Shown piece after piece: positions 37,499-47,998 of a stretch of DNA of 55,654 bases. Both the position numbers and the translations under genes were made by a program. The notes beneath the pieces were generated by a model. The model saw only the letters and a program-made list of their open reading frames with translations. It was not told the DNA's origin and made no database searches. This DNA comes from an uncultured Candidatus Saccharibacteria bacterium. GTDB taxonomy: Bacteria; Patescibacteriota; Minisyncoccia; UBA6257; 2-01-FULL-56-20. How positions within the stretch are numbered: position 1 is the stretch's first letter; each line of letters begins with the position of its first letter. The stretch is from contig CAYXSS010000004.1 in the NCBI GenBank assembly GCA_964467765.1, positions 1 through 55,654 of the forward strand, read 5' to 3'.

Positions 37499-37640
37499 CT
37501 GTGAAAACAACAGCGAAACAATTAATTTTGTCTTGCGAAAAGATAGGTTGGGCGCTGGTTTTGTGGTTAGGCTGGCACAGGTCCCGATTCATGAAACCGG
37601 CCGGTTTTGTTGCCAGAAATTGCGCCGTTCACAGTATTTC

Positions 37641-37671
37641 TTGACAAATAGGGGATGGGGGTATACCCTAT
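37641..37671 (+). promoter_or_regulatory. copA promoter with CsoR-type operator
   Basis: TTGACA at 37641, then ATAGGGGATGGGGGTATACCCTAT (ATAGGG/CCCTAT inverted repeat); shares ATGGGGGTATA with the csoR promoter. Confidence 0.78.
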
Positions 37672-37714
37672 ACATAAAGGGCTGAGCAGCGAACAATCGA
37701 TTTTTATATAGTTT

Positions 37715-40012
37715 ATGACTCAAAAAATACAAATTAACATTGAGGGAATGACTTGCGTGAGCTGTGCGCGAAACATCGAGGGCTTTGTCATGACCATCCC
37801 TGGAGTAAAATCGTCAGAAGTCAGCTTCCCGTTGGAAAAAGCTTTTGTTGAATTGGACGCTAGCGTTACCGCAGGTTCGGAGTTGGCTCAAAAAATTACG
37901 GCACAGCTCGGCTACAAGGCTTTTGTTGAAACAGAAGAGTCTGCGGCAGATAAAGAGACAAAAGTTCACCAGGAAGAAATAAGGCGCCAAAGAAACTACA
38001 CTATCGTTTCTTGGCTCATAGCCATTCCGGTGATGCTGGGCACATTTCGTGAGTACTGGATTTTGAGTTCGTTTGTCCCGGAATTTTTTGCCAACAGCTA
38101 TTTTCTATGGCTCTTAACCACGCCATTAATGTTTGGTCCGGGTTGGCAATTCTTCATCGGTACGTGGCGTGGGTTAAGGCATGGTTTCACGGATATGAAT
38201 CTTTTGGTTGCAACCGGTACTGGCGCGGCATATCTCTTGGGGGTCACGAATACTCTGTTTCCCAAAGCTGGGTTCGGCGGGCCGGAAGTGGCGTTTTTCG
38301 AAACAGCCGCGCTTCTAATAGCCTTCTTGGTTTTAGGACGCTATCTGGAAGCCTTGACGCGTGGCAGAGCTTCAGAGGCTATTAAAAAACTAATGGGGCT
38401 AAAGGTAAAAAATGCCAGAGTGATGAGAAACGGAAAAGAAGAAATCATTCCCATCGATTCCATTGCGGTTGGCGATCTCGTTGTGGTCAAGCCGGGCGAA
38501 AAGATTCCCGTTGATGGTGTTATGCGCGAGGGATATTCGGCCATTGACGAATCAATGATTACCGGCGAAAGCGTTCCGGTTGATAAAAAAACCGGCGATT
38601 CTGTCATCGGGGCTACTATCAACAAAAGCGGCTTGATAAAATTCGAAGCAGTCAAGATTGGGAAAGACACAATGCTTTCCCAAATCATAACTTTCATCGA
38701 AGAAGCGCAACTCGCCAAGCCGAAAATTCAGAAATTGGCGGATAAGGTATCGGCAAATTTTATCCTTATCGTTCATATTCTCGCACTGCTTGTTTTTCTC
38801 TTCTGGTTTTTCGTCGGCTACGATTACTTTTTTACCGCCGGAAGCAAATTTTTGCTTTCGAACATTGTGCTGTCATCCGTTCCTATATCGGTATTTGCTG
38901 TGCTCTTAAGCATCACGGTTCTTATAATTTCCTGCCCGTGCGCCGTGGGATTGGCAACGCCAAGCGCCATAATGGCCGGTACGGCGAACGGCGCCAATAA
39001 CGGAATCTTGATCCGCGGAGGAGATGCCCTGGAACGGGCATCAAAAATTGATACGGTTGTCCTCGATAAAACCGGCACGCTCACCAAGGGTCGTCCATCC
39101 CTCACGGATGTTCACAGCACTTCGGATCTAACCGAAACCGAAATTTTACGGCTAGCTGCATCAGCGGAAAAAGGATCGGAGCATCCGTTAGGCGAAGCGA
39201 TTGTTGAAGCGGCGAAAGAAAAAAAGCTGGTTTTTGAAACCGTTTCTGATTTTAAAGCGATTCCCGGCCAGGGAATCGAGGCTCTGCTTGGCACAAAACA
39301 AATCTACTTTGGCAATAGAAGGTTGATGAAAGATAAAAATATTCCTTTGCCAGGGGTCAATTTTACGGTAGAAAAACTTGAAGAAGAGGGCAAAACAATA
39401 ATGCTCTTGGCCGTCAACGGGAAGATCAAGGGATTTATCGGGGTGGCCGATACTCTCAAAGAAAACTCAGCTCAAGCGGTGAAAAAATTAAAAGAACTTG
39501 GTATGCGTGTCATCATGCTCACTGGCGATAATCCGAGAACAGCGCGCGCCATCGCAGAAAAAGTTGGCATTTCCGAATTTTTGGCAGAAGTTCTTCCCGG
39601 GCATAAGGCGGATGAGATTAAAAAATTACAGAAAGGCGGCAAAATTGTCGCTATGGTTGGCGACGGCATCAATGATGCACCGGCCTTGATGCAGGCCGAC
39701 GCGGGAATTGCTATCGGATCTGGATCTGATATTGCCAAAGAGGCCGGACAGATAGTGTTGATAAAAGACGACATTCAGGACGTTATACACGCTTTTGATT
39801 TAAGTAAGGCAACCATGAGAAAAATCAAAGAGAACCTTTTTTGGGCTTTTATATATAACGCGCTCGGCGTTCCCATCGCTGCCGGAATTCTCTACCCGGG
39901 TTTTAAACTTCTGGTAAGCCCGGAATTGGCAGCGTTGTTTATGGCTTTAAGCTCTGTATCGGTAACTCTGAATACGTTAAGGCTTAAAAGGTGGCGGCCG
40001 AAAACAACATAA
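37715..40012 (+). CDS. copA: Cu(I)-translocating P1B-1 ATPase
   Basis: N-terminal [40 protein letters not shown] and MALSS. Confidence 0.95.
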   Translation: MTQKIQINIEGMTCVSCARNIEGFVMTIPGVKSSEVSFPLEKAFVELDASVTAGSELAQKITAQLGYKAFVETEESAADKETKVHQEEIRRQRNYTIVSWLIAIPVMLGTFREYWILSSFVPEFFANSYFLWLLTTPLMFGPGWQFFIGTWRGLRHGFTDMNLLVATGTGAAYLLGVTNTLFPKAGFGGPEVAFFETAALLIAFLVLGRYLEALTRGRASEAIKKLMGLKVKNARVMRNGKEEIIPIDSIAVGDLVVVKPGEKIPVDGVMREGYSAIDESMITGESVPVDKKTGDSVIGATINKSGLIKFEAVKIGKDTMLSQIITFIEEAQLAKPKIQKLADKVSANFILIVHILALLVFLFWFFVGYDYFFTAGSKFLLSNIVLSSVPISVFAVLLSITVLIISCPCAVGLATPSAIMAGTANGANNGILIRGGDALERASKIDTVVLDKTGTLTKGRPSLTDVHSTSDLTETEILRLAASAEKGSEHPLGEAIVEAAKEKKLVFETVSDFKAIPGQGIEALLGTKQIYFGNRRLMKDKNIPLPGVNFTVEKLEEEGKTIMLLAVNGKIKGFIGVADTLKENSAQAVKKLKELGMRVIMLTGDNPRTARAIAEKVGISEFLAEVLPGHKADEIKKLQKGGKIVAMVGDGINDAPALMQADAGIAIGSGSDIAKEAGQIVLIKDDIQDVIHAFDLSKATMRKIKENLFWAFIYNALGVPIAAGILYPGFKLLVSPELAALFMALSSVSVTLNTLRLKRWRPKTT

Positions 40013-40026
40013 TAGTTTATCTTGCC

Positions 40027-40236
40027 ATGAAAATCATAAATTCAATTGTTGTGTCTCTGCTCATTACCGGCTTCTTCGTTGTTGGCGCCATACTAAAACA
40101 AAACAGCGTAAAACTAGATATTTATCTGGGAGCAATCTGGGTTTTTATCCTTTCGCTCATTGTTACTTTTTCTTTGTTACACGCTTCCGTGAAAAATGAT
40201 AATAAAGATTATAACGGACATCACCGATCGGAATAG
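40027..40236 (+). CDS. small 2-TM membrane protein
   Basis: ATG 40027; two hydrophobic helices; His pair in the tail. Confidence 0.6.
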   Translation: MKIINSIVVSLLITGFFVVGAILKQNSVKLDIYLGAIWVFILSLIVTFSLLHASVKNDNKDYNGHHRSE

Positions 40237-40287
40237 AAAATGACAAAAATAGTATAAAGGCCGGGAAAAATATAAAATTAAATTAAT

Positions 40288-41826
40288 ATGAAAAAAATTA
40301 TTATTGTCGCAGCGGTCATACTAGCGGTTGGTGGCGTGGTTGGGTATTACGTCAAAAATTCAGCCAACCCTCCTTATGAATTGGCAACGGTTCGAAGAGG
40401 CGACATCACCCAAGAGGTTTTTGCGAGCGGCAAGGTTGAAGCCCCAACTAGCATAGACTTGCATTTCAAAACTAACGGCAAGATGACAGTTCTTCGAGCG
40501 AAAGTTGGGAAAAAAGTTGAAGCGGGTCAAGTTTTGGCAAAACAAGAAACCGGCACGCTTGATGCGGAATTGGCAGCCATGCAGGCAAGTATTGACGTTG
40601 CGAAAGCAAGACTGGCCCAACAACAAGCAGGAGCCTCGCAAGAAGACATTGCGGTTGCCGAAACAGCGGTAACAAGCGCGAAACAAACAGTAATCGATGC
40701 CAGGCAAAATTTTATCGACAAACTTCAAGATGCGTACACGAAAGCCGATGATGCCGTAAGAGCGAAGGCAGATCAAATGTTTACTAATCCATTATCGGTT
40801 AATCCGAAACTGATTTTCCTTATGGCTGATTCAGGATTACAAAACGATATTGAATGGAGCAGGCTGCTTATCGAAGGAAATATTTTTTCGCGTTGGAAGC
40901 CCTATATTTACCAGCTCTCAATTGGCAGCAATCTCTCCGAATATGCCAGCACAACAAGGAAATATCTCGATGACATTAATATATTTTTGGATAAACTTGC
41001 GCTCGCGATCAATAATCCAAACAGCGTCTATGTGATAAACGGGATATCTTCTGCCATACCTTCCGGTTGGAAAACCGATATCTCGGCCGCAAGAATAAAT
41101 GTAAACGCCGCTATTTCCGGTATTAGCTCGGCCGAAGAAAAATTAAAGATTTCCGAGTCCGCCTTAAAGACCACCCAAGATCAACTGACTCTTTTAAAGG
41201 CCCCGCTGCGTTCTACAGATGCAGCAGTATTTGAAGCGCAAATCAGGCAAGCCGAAGCCCAAATGCAACAAGTCGAAGCGCAGATAGAAGAAATGGAAAT
41301 CATCACTCCTATCTCCGGAATTGTTACGGCAACAAACGGTAATGTCGGCGAAATAATCGATCCGAGTGTAATAGTTATCTCAATAATCTCCGACGGAGCC
41401 CTTCAGGTTAAAGTAAATCTTTCGGAGGACAATGTTGCTGGTGTTAAAGTCGGTCAGTCCGTACGGATTACCGCTGACGCCCTTCAAAGCGAATGGCAGG
41501 GCACCGTAGCCGAAATAGACCCCGCTGGCACGGTTATTAACGGCAGCGTTTACTACAAAACCACGATAATCTTCAATGGCCCCATTGATCAAGCGAGGGC
41601 CGGGATGACTTCCGACGTTTGGATTAAAACCGGATCAGCAACCGGCGCACTTATTGTTCCGGCAAGCGCCGTTCAAAAAAATGGCTCGACAAACTTCGTC
41701 CAGGTTTATAGGAATAAAAAAATAACAAATCAAAATGTAGCAATCGGCTTAAAAAGCGCAAATGGAATGGTTGAAATATTGTCGGGCCTTTCGGAAGGAG
41801 AAGAGATTGTAATTGGCGGTAAATAA
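40288..41826 (+). CDS. efflux membrane-fusion (MacA/HlyD-like) adaptor
   Basis: VRRGDI..ASGKV, lipoyl half-motifs (GKKVEAGQVL; PISGIV), long alpha hairpin, VEILSGLSEGE. Confidence 0.92.
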   Translation: MKKIIIVAAVILAVGGVVGYYVKNSANPPYELATVRRGDITQEVFASGKVEAPTSIDLHFKTNGKMTVLRAKVGKKVEAGQVLAKQETGTLDAELAAMQASIDVAKARLAQQQAGASQEDIAVAETAVTSAKQTVIDARQNFIDKLQDAYTKADDAVRAKADQMFTNPLSVNPKLIFLMADSGLQNDIEWSRLLIEGNIFSRWKPYIYQLSIGSNLSEYASTTRKYLDDINIFLDKLALAINNPNSVYVINGISSAIPSGWKTDISAARINVNAAISGISSAEEKLKISESALKTTQDQLTLLKAPLRSTDAAVFEAQIRQAEAQMQQVEAQIEEMEIITPISGIVTATNGNVGEIIDPSVIVISIISDGALQVKVNLSEDNVAGVKVGQSVRITADALQSEWQGTVAEIDPAGTVINGSVYYKTTIIFNGPIDQARAGMTSDVWIKTGSATGALIVPASAVQKNGSTNFVQVYRNKKITNQNVAIGLKSANGMVEILSGLSEGEEIVIGGK

Positions 41827-41829
41827 TAT

Positions 41830-43053
41830 ATGAACACCAACGATTTTAAAACAGCCGCCTTCATCGCCTATAAATCAATTCTGCGTGGACACAAGTCCAC
41901 GCTCGTTTTGATGGTTCTCATTTTGTCCTTGTCGTTCATCAATATGATGTTTATCTCTGGAATTTTGAAAGGTTTGTCGGAGTTATTCCCGCAGGTAATT
42001 ATAGAAAATTTGAGTTCTTATATAACCATAAGCTCTCAAGAGTCGCCGCGGGTTAAAGAATTCATTCCTAACCAATCCGCCCTTCGTGCAGAGATAGCCA
42101 CAATTCCGGGAATTGTGGCTACGACTAGGCGGTACGTACTCGCCGGCTCTCTTGCGTTTGATAAAGATCAAAGCGGGCAGTATAAGCGACTTTCCTCAAG
42201 TATCATGGGCGTTGATTCAAGGGAAGACGCAAAAATGATGGGCATCGATGAGCTTATAAAAGACGGCTCATTTCTGTCTAACAACGATACCGACAAGATT
42301 ATTTTAAGTTCCGCCTTGGCAGGCGGTTATGGAAATCTTGCTCCTAGCGACCTTGGGGGCGCGCGGGTTGGAGACAAAATTCTCGTAACATACGGAAACA
42401 GCGTTATGCGGACATATAAAGTGAAGGGAATTTACTCCGATCTTATGGGAATCTATGAAAACTTTATAACCTCCAAGGAAGCCGAATCGGTACTCGGCGT
42501 AAGCGACAGCGCCTCGCAAATTTTGGTGTCTGTTGATCCGGGTCGAACGACACTGGAAAATTATCGCGCACAAATCAAAGCGATTGCTCCAAATCTGAAG
42601 ATTCAAACTTACGAAGACTTTTTGGGTGCTTTCGGCGGTTTTTTAAATGCGTTGAATTTGATTGCGGTTATCGTAAGCGTTATTTCTATTGCCGTAGCAT
42701 CGGTTACAATTTTTGTTCTAATCTATGTAAACGCGCTTAACAAGCGCAGACAAATAGGAATTCTACGGGCTATCGGCATCAAAAGAACAATAATTATTTT
42801 CTCCTATGTGTTTCAAGCCTTGTTTTATGTGATCGCCAGTCTTGCGATCGGCTCTTTTGTGACCTTTGCGGTTCTCTATCCATTATTCTTGCGCTATCCC
42901 ATTGACGTTGAATTCGGTGCAATTAGCTTATACTTTACAGCCGGATGGATTATCTTCGGAGTTACGAGTTTAATTGCAACTGGTTTGTTGTCCGGGTATC
43001 TGCCGTCGCGCCTCGTTGCCAGAAAAGACATTCTCGCCGCTATTTGGGGATAA
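41830..43053 (+). CDS. ABC transporter permease (FtsX/MacB/LolE family)
   Basis: TM1, large extracellular domain, 3 TM; RRQIGILRAIG. Confidence 0.92.
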   Translation: MNTNDFKTAAFIAYKSILRGHKSTLVLMVLILSLSFINMMFISGILKGLSELFPQVIIENLSSYITISSQESPRVKEFIPNQSALRAEIATIPGIVATTRRYVLAGSLAFDKDQSGQYKRLSSSIMGVDSREDAKMMGIDELIKDGSFLSNNDTDKIILSSALAGGYGNLAPSDLGGARVGDKILVTYGNSVMRTYKVKGIYSDLMGIYENFITSKEAESVLGVSDSASQILVSVDPGRTTLENYRAQIKAIAPNLKIQTYEDFLGAFGGFLNALNLIAVIVSVISIAVASVTIFVLIYVNALNKRRQIGILRAIGIKRTIIIFSYVFQALFYVIASLAIGSFVTFAVLYPLFLRYPIDVEFGAISLYFTAGWIIFGVTSLIATGLLSGYLPSRLVARKDILAAIWG

Positions 43054-43069
43054 ATTTTTGTACATAATC

Positions 43070-43753
43070 ATGATCCAAGTAGAAAATCTCAAAAAAACAT
43101 ATCCCGGAAAAGTTCCCACGCCGGCACTGCGGGGCGTTTCCTTTGAAATTAACGAAGGGGAATTTGTGGCGATTATGGGCAGGAGCGGTTCAGGTAAATC
43201 GACGCTGCTTCATCAGCTTGGTCTTATTGACACTCCCACAGAAGGGAAAATACACATAGGAAACTCTGATGTTACCGCGCTTTCTGACGCCGAAAAAACA
43301 ACATTCCGGCTTCAGCAGCTAGGGTATATATTTCAGGAATACGCATTAATTACAGAGTTAACCGCACAGGAAAACGTTTGGTTGCCGGCATTGGCGTACG
43401 GCAAAGAGCCGGAACACTGCTGGGAGCACGCATCAAAGCTCTTAGATCTGGTTGAGCTCGGCCATCGCCTCGATCATTATCCGAACGAAATATCCGGCGG
43501 TGAACAGCAGAGAGTCGCCATTGCGCGCTCTCTGGTTAACTATCCGAAAGTTCTTTTTGCCGACGAGCCGACCGCTAATCTTGATTCCGCATCGGCAAAA
43601 ACGGTTTTGGAACTTTTCAGAAAACTGAATAAAGAATTGAAACAAACGATTGTGATGGTGACTCATGAGCCGGACGACAAACAATATGTTGACAGGATTA
43701 TTTGGTTATCCGACGGTTTGATCGAAAAAATTGAAAAGGTCGAAAAAAAGTAA
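43070..43753 (+). CDS. ABC transporter ATP-binding protein (LolD/MacB type)
   Basis: GRSGSGKS, ISGGEQQRVAIAR, ADEPTANLD, VTHE; start ATG 43070. Confidence 0.95.
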   Translation: MIQVENLKKTYPGKVPTPALRGVSFEINEGEFVAIMGRSGSGKSTLLHQLGLIDTPTEGKIHIGNSDVTALSDAEKTTFRLQQLGYIFQEYALITELTAQENVWLPALAYGKEPEHCWEHASKLLDLVELGHRLDHYPNEISGGEQQRVAIARSLVNYPKVLFADEPTANLDSASAKTVLELFRKLNKELKQTIVMVTHEPDDKQYVDRIIWLSDGLIEKIEKVEKK

Positions 43754-43775
43754 GAAATAAATTAAACAAAACACC

Positions 43776-43976
43776 ATGACTCAAAACCTGGGTAAATTGG
43801 ATAGAATTTTGCGGTTCGCGCTTGCCTTTTGGTGGCTTGGTCCGTGGGCGCCGCAGTACGATGCGGACTGGATTAATCTCGGCATAGCCATCGTTGGATG
43901 GATTGCTCTGATCGAGAGTTTTTCGGGGTGGTGTTGGCTGCATAAATTGTTTGGCATAGACAACAGAAATCAGTAA
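43776..43976 (+). CDS. DUF2892/YgaP-like small membrane protein
   Basis: NLGKLDRILR..SGWCWLHKLFG. Confidence 0.82.
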   Translation: MTQNLGKLDRILRFALAFWWLGPWAPQYDADWINLGIAIVGWIALIESFSGWCWLHKLFGIDNRNQ

Positions 43977-44115
43977 TCTTCGTCGCCCTATCGCAAGGAT
44001 TAGTAAACCGTTCATGTTTTTTCACTCTTCCGTGCGCAATTATATCTTGGCGGCGAAAGAAAGGGGACAAAGGTCGGCAAAAAAAACAAAACAAATAAAA
44101 AATTATTTATTAACC

Positions 44116-44397
44116 ATGGATACCTACGAAAAAATACTTTTAGCAAGCTTGGGACTCCTGGGTTTTTCGGCAAAGGAGGTTCAAAAAGCATTCAAAACCA
44201 TTGCCGGGAAAAAGCCGTCAAAAAAAGAATTGAAAAAAACGCTCAGCGCCCTTATAAAAGAGGGGCAGTCAAGACAAAAAGGCGCGGAGAAAAAGGCGCG
44301 CGAGTTGGTTAAAAAAGTTTTGAAAGAGCTTGATATTCCTACGCGAAGCGAGCTCAAGTCGTTCGAAAGAAAACTCTCAAACCACGGCAAAAATTAA
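44116..44397 (+). CDS. phasin-like amphipathic helical protein
   Basis: LLASLGL..EG..LKELDIPTRSEL; start ATG 44116; same operon as the UbiB kinase. Confidence 0.65.
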   Translation: MDTYEKILLASLGLLGFSAKEVQKAFKTIAGKKPSKKELKKTLSALIKEGQSRQKGAEKKARELVKKVLKELDIPTRSELKSFERKLSNHGKN

Positions 44398-44433
44398 AGA
44401 TGTTTGCAAAAGTTTAAAGAAGTTAAAGATATT

Positions 44434-45018
44434 ATGTCGATAAAAAAAGTGTTTGTCTTGTGCGGTCATCCAAATGCCGATTCGTTTTCTGGAGCAATGG
44501 CCTCTGCTTACGCGGAAGGCGCAGCTGAAGCAGGGTACGAAGTGCGAAGGATGAATGTTGGAGAGTTGCGTTTTGATCCTGTTCTGCATAGCGGTTATAA
44601 AACAACACAGAAATTGGAACCGGACCTTATTGTGTTCCAGGAAAACGTGAAATGGGCGGATCATCTGGTATTTGTTTATCCCAGCTGGTGGAATGCCATG
44701 CCTGCCATTCTCAAGGGATTATTTGATCGTGCCTGGCTTCCGGGATTCGCTTTTAATTTTGACAAGGAAACAAAAAAACCGATACAGCGTCTCAGCGGAA
44801 AAACGGCGCGTTTCTTTGTTATTGCCGGCGCCCACTCGCCGAACGAGGGATATTGGTGTAAGTGCAGAGACTGTCAACACGGTATTGAACACTCCGTAAC
44901 CATGCTCGCTGGAATTAAAAACACCGTTACGATTTTCAGCGAAGCCGAAGTCGTTACAGACCAAAAACGGCATGCTTGGCTTAAAAGTGTTCGGTTATTG
45001 GGGAGGCGCGGGGCTTAA
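44434..45018 (+). CDS. flavodoxin-fold NAD(P)H:quinone oxidoreductase family protein
   Basis: GHPNADSF, LEPDL, WADHLVFVYPSWW, PAILKGLFDR, PGFAF. Confidence 0.9.
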   Translation: MSIKKVFVLCGHPNADSFSGAMASAYAEGAAEAGYEVRRMNVGELRFDPVLHSGYKTTQKLEPDLIVFQENVKWADHLVFVYPSWWNAMPAILKGLFDRAWLPGFAFNFDKETKKPIQRLSGKTARFFVIAGAHSPNEGYWCKCRDCQHGIEHSVTMLAGIKNTVTIFSEAEVVTDQKRHAWLKSVRLLGRRGA

Positions 45019-45033
45019 AAATCATAAAAAACC

Positions 45034-46275
45034 ATGCAAAATAATTTTTCCGAAAAATTTGACGTTATTATTGTGGGTTCAGGGCCGGCTGGCGGAGAGT
45101 GCGCGAGAGAGCTTGCTAAAAGAGGGCGAAAAATTCTACTGATCGAGAAATCGACCGGCATTGGCCGGCCAAATTTCTCAAGTGGTGGTACGCCCCTGGA
45201 GACATTTCAAGAGTTTGGCCTTCCGCTTGGCGTCGGGCGCGGATCGTGGTCAAAAATTCTCATTGCCGCGCATGGCGGCGCGAAAACCTGGAATTACGGG
45301 AAGAGCCGCGGTTATGTTTTTGCCTTTGACGAATTAAAACAATTTCTCGTTGGCGAAGCTGTTAAATATGGAGGAAAAGTAATGATAAGCACCGCGGCCG
45401 AAGAACCGGTAATTGAAGACGGTTTTGTCGTCGGCGTCAAATGCAAAGGCGTATTCGGAGAAGGAGTAATAAAAGGAGGGGTTATAGTTGACGCTTCCGG
45501 CCCGGTCGGCGTTCTGGCTTCAAAAATCGGTTTACGCAAGACAGAGCCAGGGGCGGCCGCCATTGGCATAGAATTTATCGTCGAGAGAGTTCCGGATGAA
45601 TTTAAAAACGTTTTAGCATTCTATTTTAGCGATGCCTATGTTCCTCATGGATACGGATGGGTATTCCCGTTCGGCGAAAAGCAGCTCAAGGTCGGTATCG
45701 CGGTTTACAAGGCAAAAGAGCACGGCATTTCGGAGGCCGATCATGGCACAGCTGACATGATGGTTCTGTTTAAAAAATTTATAAACAAGCTTCCGCAGCT
45801 TGGCGACGCAGAACCGGTAGATTTGCATGGAGGAAATATCTATGTCACCGGCGGCATCAAAAAACATTCCTCAAACGGATTTCTAACTATCGGCGACGCC
45901 GCCATGCAAATCAATCCTATAGCCGGCGAGGGAATAAGGCACGCGCTTCATTCAGGCCGAATGGCCGCCGCGGTAATCGATAAGCAACTTTCGGAAGAAA
46001 ATGTCAGTCAAAAAGCTTTGGCTGAATACGACAAACTGTGGGCGGCATACGTGGGGAAAAAATGGCGGCTGAGCTATCTGATAGCCGAAAAACTTTACGG
46101 GGACTTGACGGAAAATCAGTGGAAATACATTATGCAAGTTCTTTCCGGCCTTTCCGCCGACGAAGTATTTAAACTGGGATTCGATTTCGATTTTCTGAAA
46201 GTGATAAAATTTAAAAACGTCCTAGGTGCGTTAAAAATTAAAGGCCAGCTTTTATCTTACTTGCTTCACAAATAG
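45034..46275 (+). CDS. geranylgeranyl reductase family FAD oxidoreductase
   Basis: DVIIVGSGPAG, VDASG, PHGYGWVFP, IGDAA..NPIAGEGI..SG. Confidence 0.85.
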   Translation: MQNNFSEKFDVIIVGSGPAGGECARELAKRGRKILLIEKSTGIGRPNFSSGGTPLETFQEFGLPLGVGRGSWSKILIAAHGGAKTWNYGKSRGYVFAFDELKQFLVGEAVKYGGKVMISTAAEEPVIEDGFVVGVKCKGVFGEGVIKGGVIVDASGPVGVLASKIGLRKTEPGAAAIGIEFIVERVPDEFKNVLAFYFSDAYVPHGYGWVFPFGEKQLKVGIAVYKAKEHGISEADHGTADMMVLFKKFINKLPQLGDAEPVDLHGGNIYVTGGIKKHSSNGFLTIGDAAMQINPIAGEGIRHALHSGRMAAAVIDKQLSEENVSQKALAEYDKLWAAYVGKKWRLSYLIAEKLYGDLTENQWKYIMQVLSGLSADEVFKLGFDFDFLKVIKFKNVLGALKIKGQLLSYLLHK

Positions 46276-46308
46276 ATGGACCAGACAATAACCACTTTAT
46301 AAAAACAC

Positions 46309-47991
46309 ATGATAGGCGATTTAAATCGCTTGCGGAAAATTCTTACGGTAATTTTCGAGGCAGGCGGCGGGATTTTGGTTGAGAGAATTCGCTTAAAATA
46401 TCTGGTGCCGTTGTCGTGCCGAATCCATTGCTTTTTTTTGCGCCGTCCTGCGGAGAAATGCCTGGTTCAAATGGGCGGGGGGCTGCAAACTATTTCTCCG
46501 GCAATCCTTCGCGAAGTTTTGGAAAAATTGGGACCGACTTTCGTTAAGTTGGGACAGGTGTTAAGTCTCCGTGCTGATTTGGTTGGCGAAGAAATTTCGC
46601 AGGAGCTTTCAAAGCTGCAAGACAACGTAACACCGTTCTCTTATGACGACGTCCGTCGAATTATTAAAGAGGAGTTAAAACAGGAACCCGAAATGGTTTT
46701 TAAGTCCATCGAAAAGAAGCCGATTGCTGCTGCATCGTTGGCTCAAGTGCACCGAGCTTATCTTAAAGACGGCACAGAGGTGGCGGTTAAGGTGCAAAGG
46801 CCCGACATCAGGAAAATCATAGAACAAGACGTTCATATTCTATTTTATCTTGCCCACCTTGCCGAACGTTTTGTTGCAGAACTGCGCCCATTCCAGCCTT
46901 TGCGCGTCGTCAAAGAGTTTGCCGACTGGACGCTTCGGGAACTGGATTTCAAAGCCGAAGGCAACAATGCCGAGCGATTTCGTTTTGCGTTTAAAGACAA
47001 TCCTAACATAAAAATTCCTCTTATTTATTGGAACCATACCTCCACTCGCGTCCTTACGATGGAATTTATTCATGGCGTCAAAGCCGACGATCTGGACGGT
47101 ATCAGAAAACTTGGCATAAATGCGCGCGAGCTTGCTCTCTACGGCGTCGGATCAAGTTTCCAGGAATTCCTTATCGACGGCTTTTTCCATGCCGACCCTC
47201 ATCCGGGAAATTTTTTCGCTCTCAAGGGCAATATTCTGTGCTTGCATGATTTTGGCATGGTTGGCTACCTTACCAAGGAACAGCGCAAGGAATTAGTCAG
47301 TTGCTTTGTGGCGTTTGTTGGCAAAGATACTGATAATTTTTTCAAACATTTCATGCATCTCGCCATTACCTCCGACAAGAGCGATGTTGCCGGCTTTCAA
47401 AAAGACGTATCAAACGCTTTAAGCGAGATTTTTTTCTCTCCAATTCAGCCAAGCGTCGCCTGGGTATTTTTCAGACTCATCAACAAGGGCACCAGAAAGT
47501 ACATAAGTTTCCCGGCCGATCTTGCCTTATTTGGTAAGGCGATAATCACAACCGAGGCAATGGGATTAAAACTTTACCCAGATTTTAATTTTAATAAAGA
47601 ACTGCAGCCGTTTGTTGATAAAGCATTGAAATACTATTTAAACCCATTGCGCACGCTTGAGGCCCTCAAAACGGATATTTTTGACTATTTGGAATTTTTA
47701 AAAACTCTCCCGGAACAAACCCAAAGCCTTTTGCAAAAGATTGAAAGCGGAGGGATAAGTGTAAAATTTGACGCCGGGGAATTATTGGAATTCAAAAAAG
47801 AATTTGATCGGCAAAACGACCTGCGTATTTTGGGAATGGTATTGGTGGCAATTCTCTTGGTTACAGGCGGATTTTTGTACCTTGAAGGGGCGAGGACGAT
47901 TTTTGGATTGAGATTAAGCACGGCGGGAACGGTAGCATCGGCGACGCTCTTTGTTTGGTTTATCATAAAACTAGGTAAGGGGCCAAAGTAA
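46309..47991 (+). CDS. UbiB/ABC1 atypical kinase with C-terminal TM helices
   Basis: LGPTFVKLGQ, AAASLAQVH, VAVKVQRP, ELDF..E, FFHADPHPGN, DFGMVG. Confidence 0.93.
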   Translation: MIGDLNRLRKILTVIFEAGGGILVERIRLKYLVPLSCRIHCFFLRRPAEKCLVQMGGGLQTISPAILREVLEKLGPTFVKLGQVLSLRADLVGEEISQELSKLQDNVTPFSYDDVRRIIKEELKQEPEMVFKSIEKKPIAAASLAQVHRAYLKDGTEVAVKVQRPDIRKIIEQDVHILFYLAHLAERFVAELRPFQPLRVVKEFADWTLRELDFKAEGNNAERFRFAFKDNPNIKIPLIYWNHTSTRVLTMEFIHGVKADDLDGIRKLGINARELALYGVGSSFQEFLIDGFFHADPHPGNFFALKGNILCLHDFGMVGYLTKEQRKELVSCFVAFVGKDTDNFFKHFMHLAITSDKSDVAGFQKDVSNALSEIFFSPIQPSVAWVFFRLINKGTRKYISFPADLALFGKAIITTEAMGLKLYPDFNFNKELQPFVDKALKYYLNPLRTLEALKTDIFDYLEFLKTLPEQTQSLLQKIESGGISVKFDAGELLEFKKEFDRQNDLRILGMVLVAILLVTGGFLYLEGARTIFGLRLSTAGTVASATLFVWFIIKLGKGPK

Positions 47992-47998
47992 AGCCATT

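Noticed and set aside
37594-37607. Perfect palindrome AAACCGGCCGGTTT upstream of the copA promoter
   Set aside because: Single occurrence with no second site to support a regulator motif
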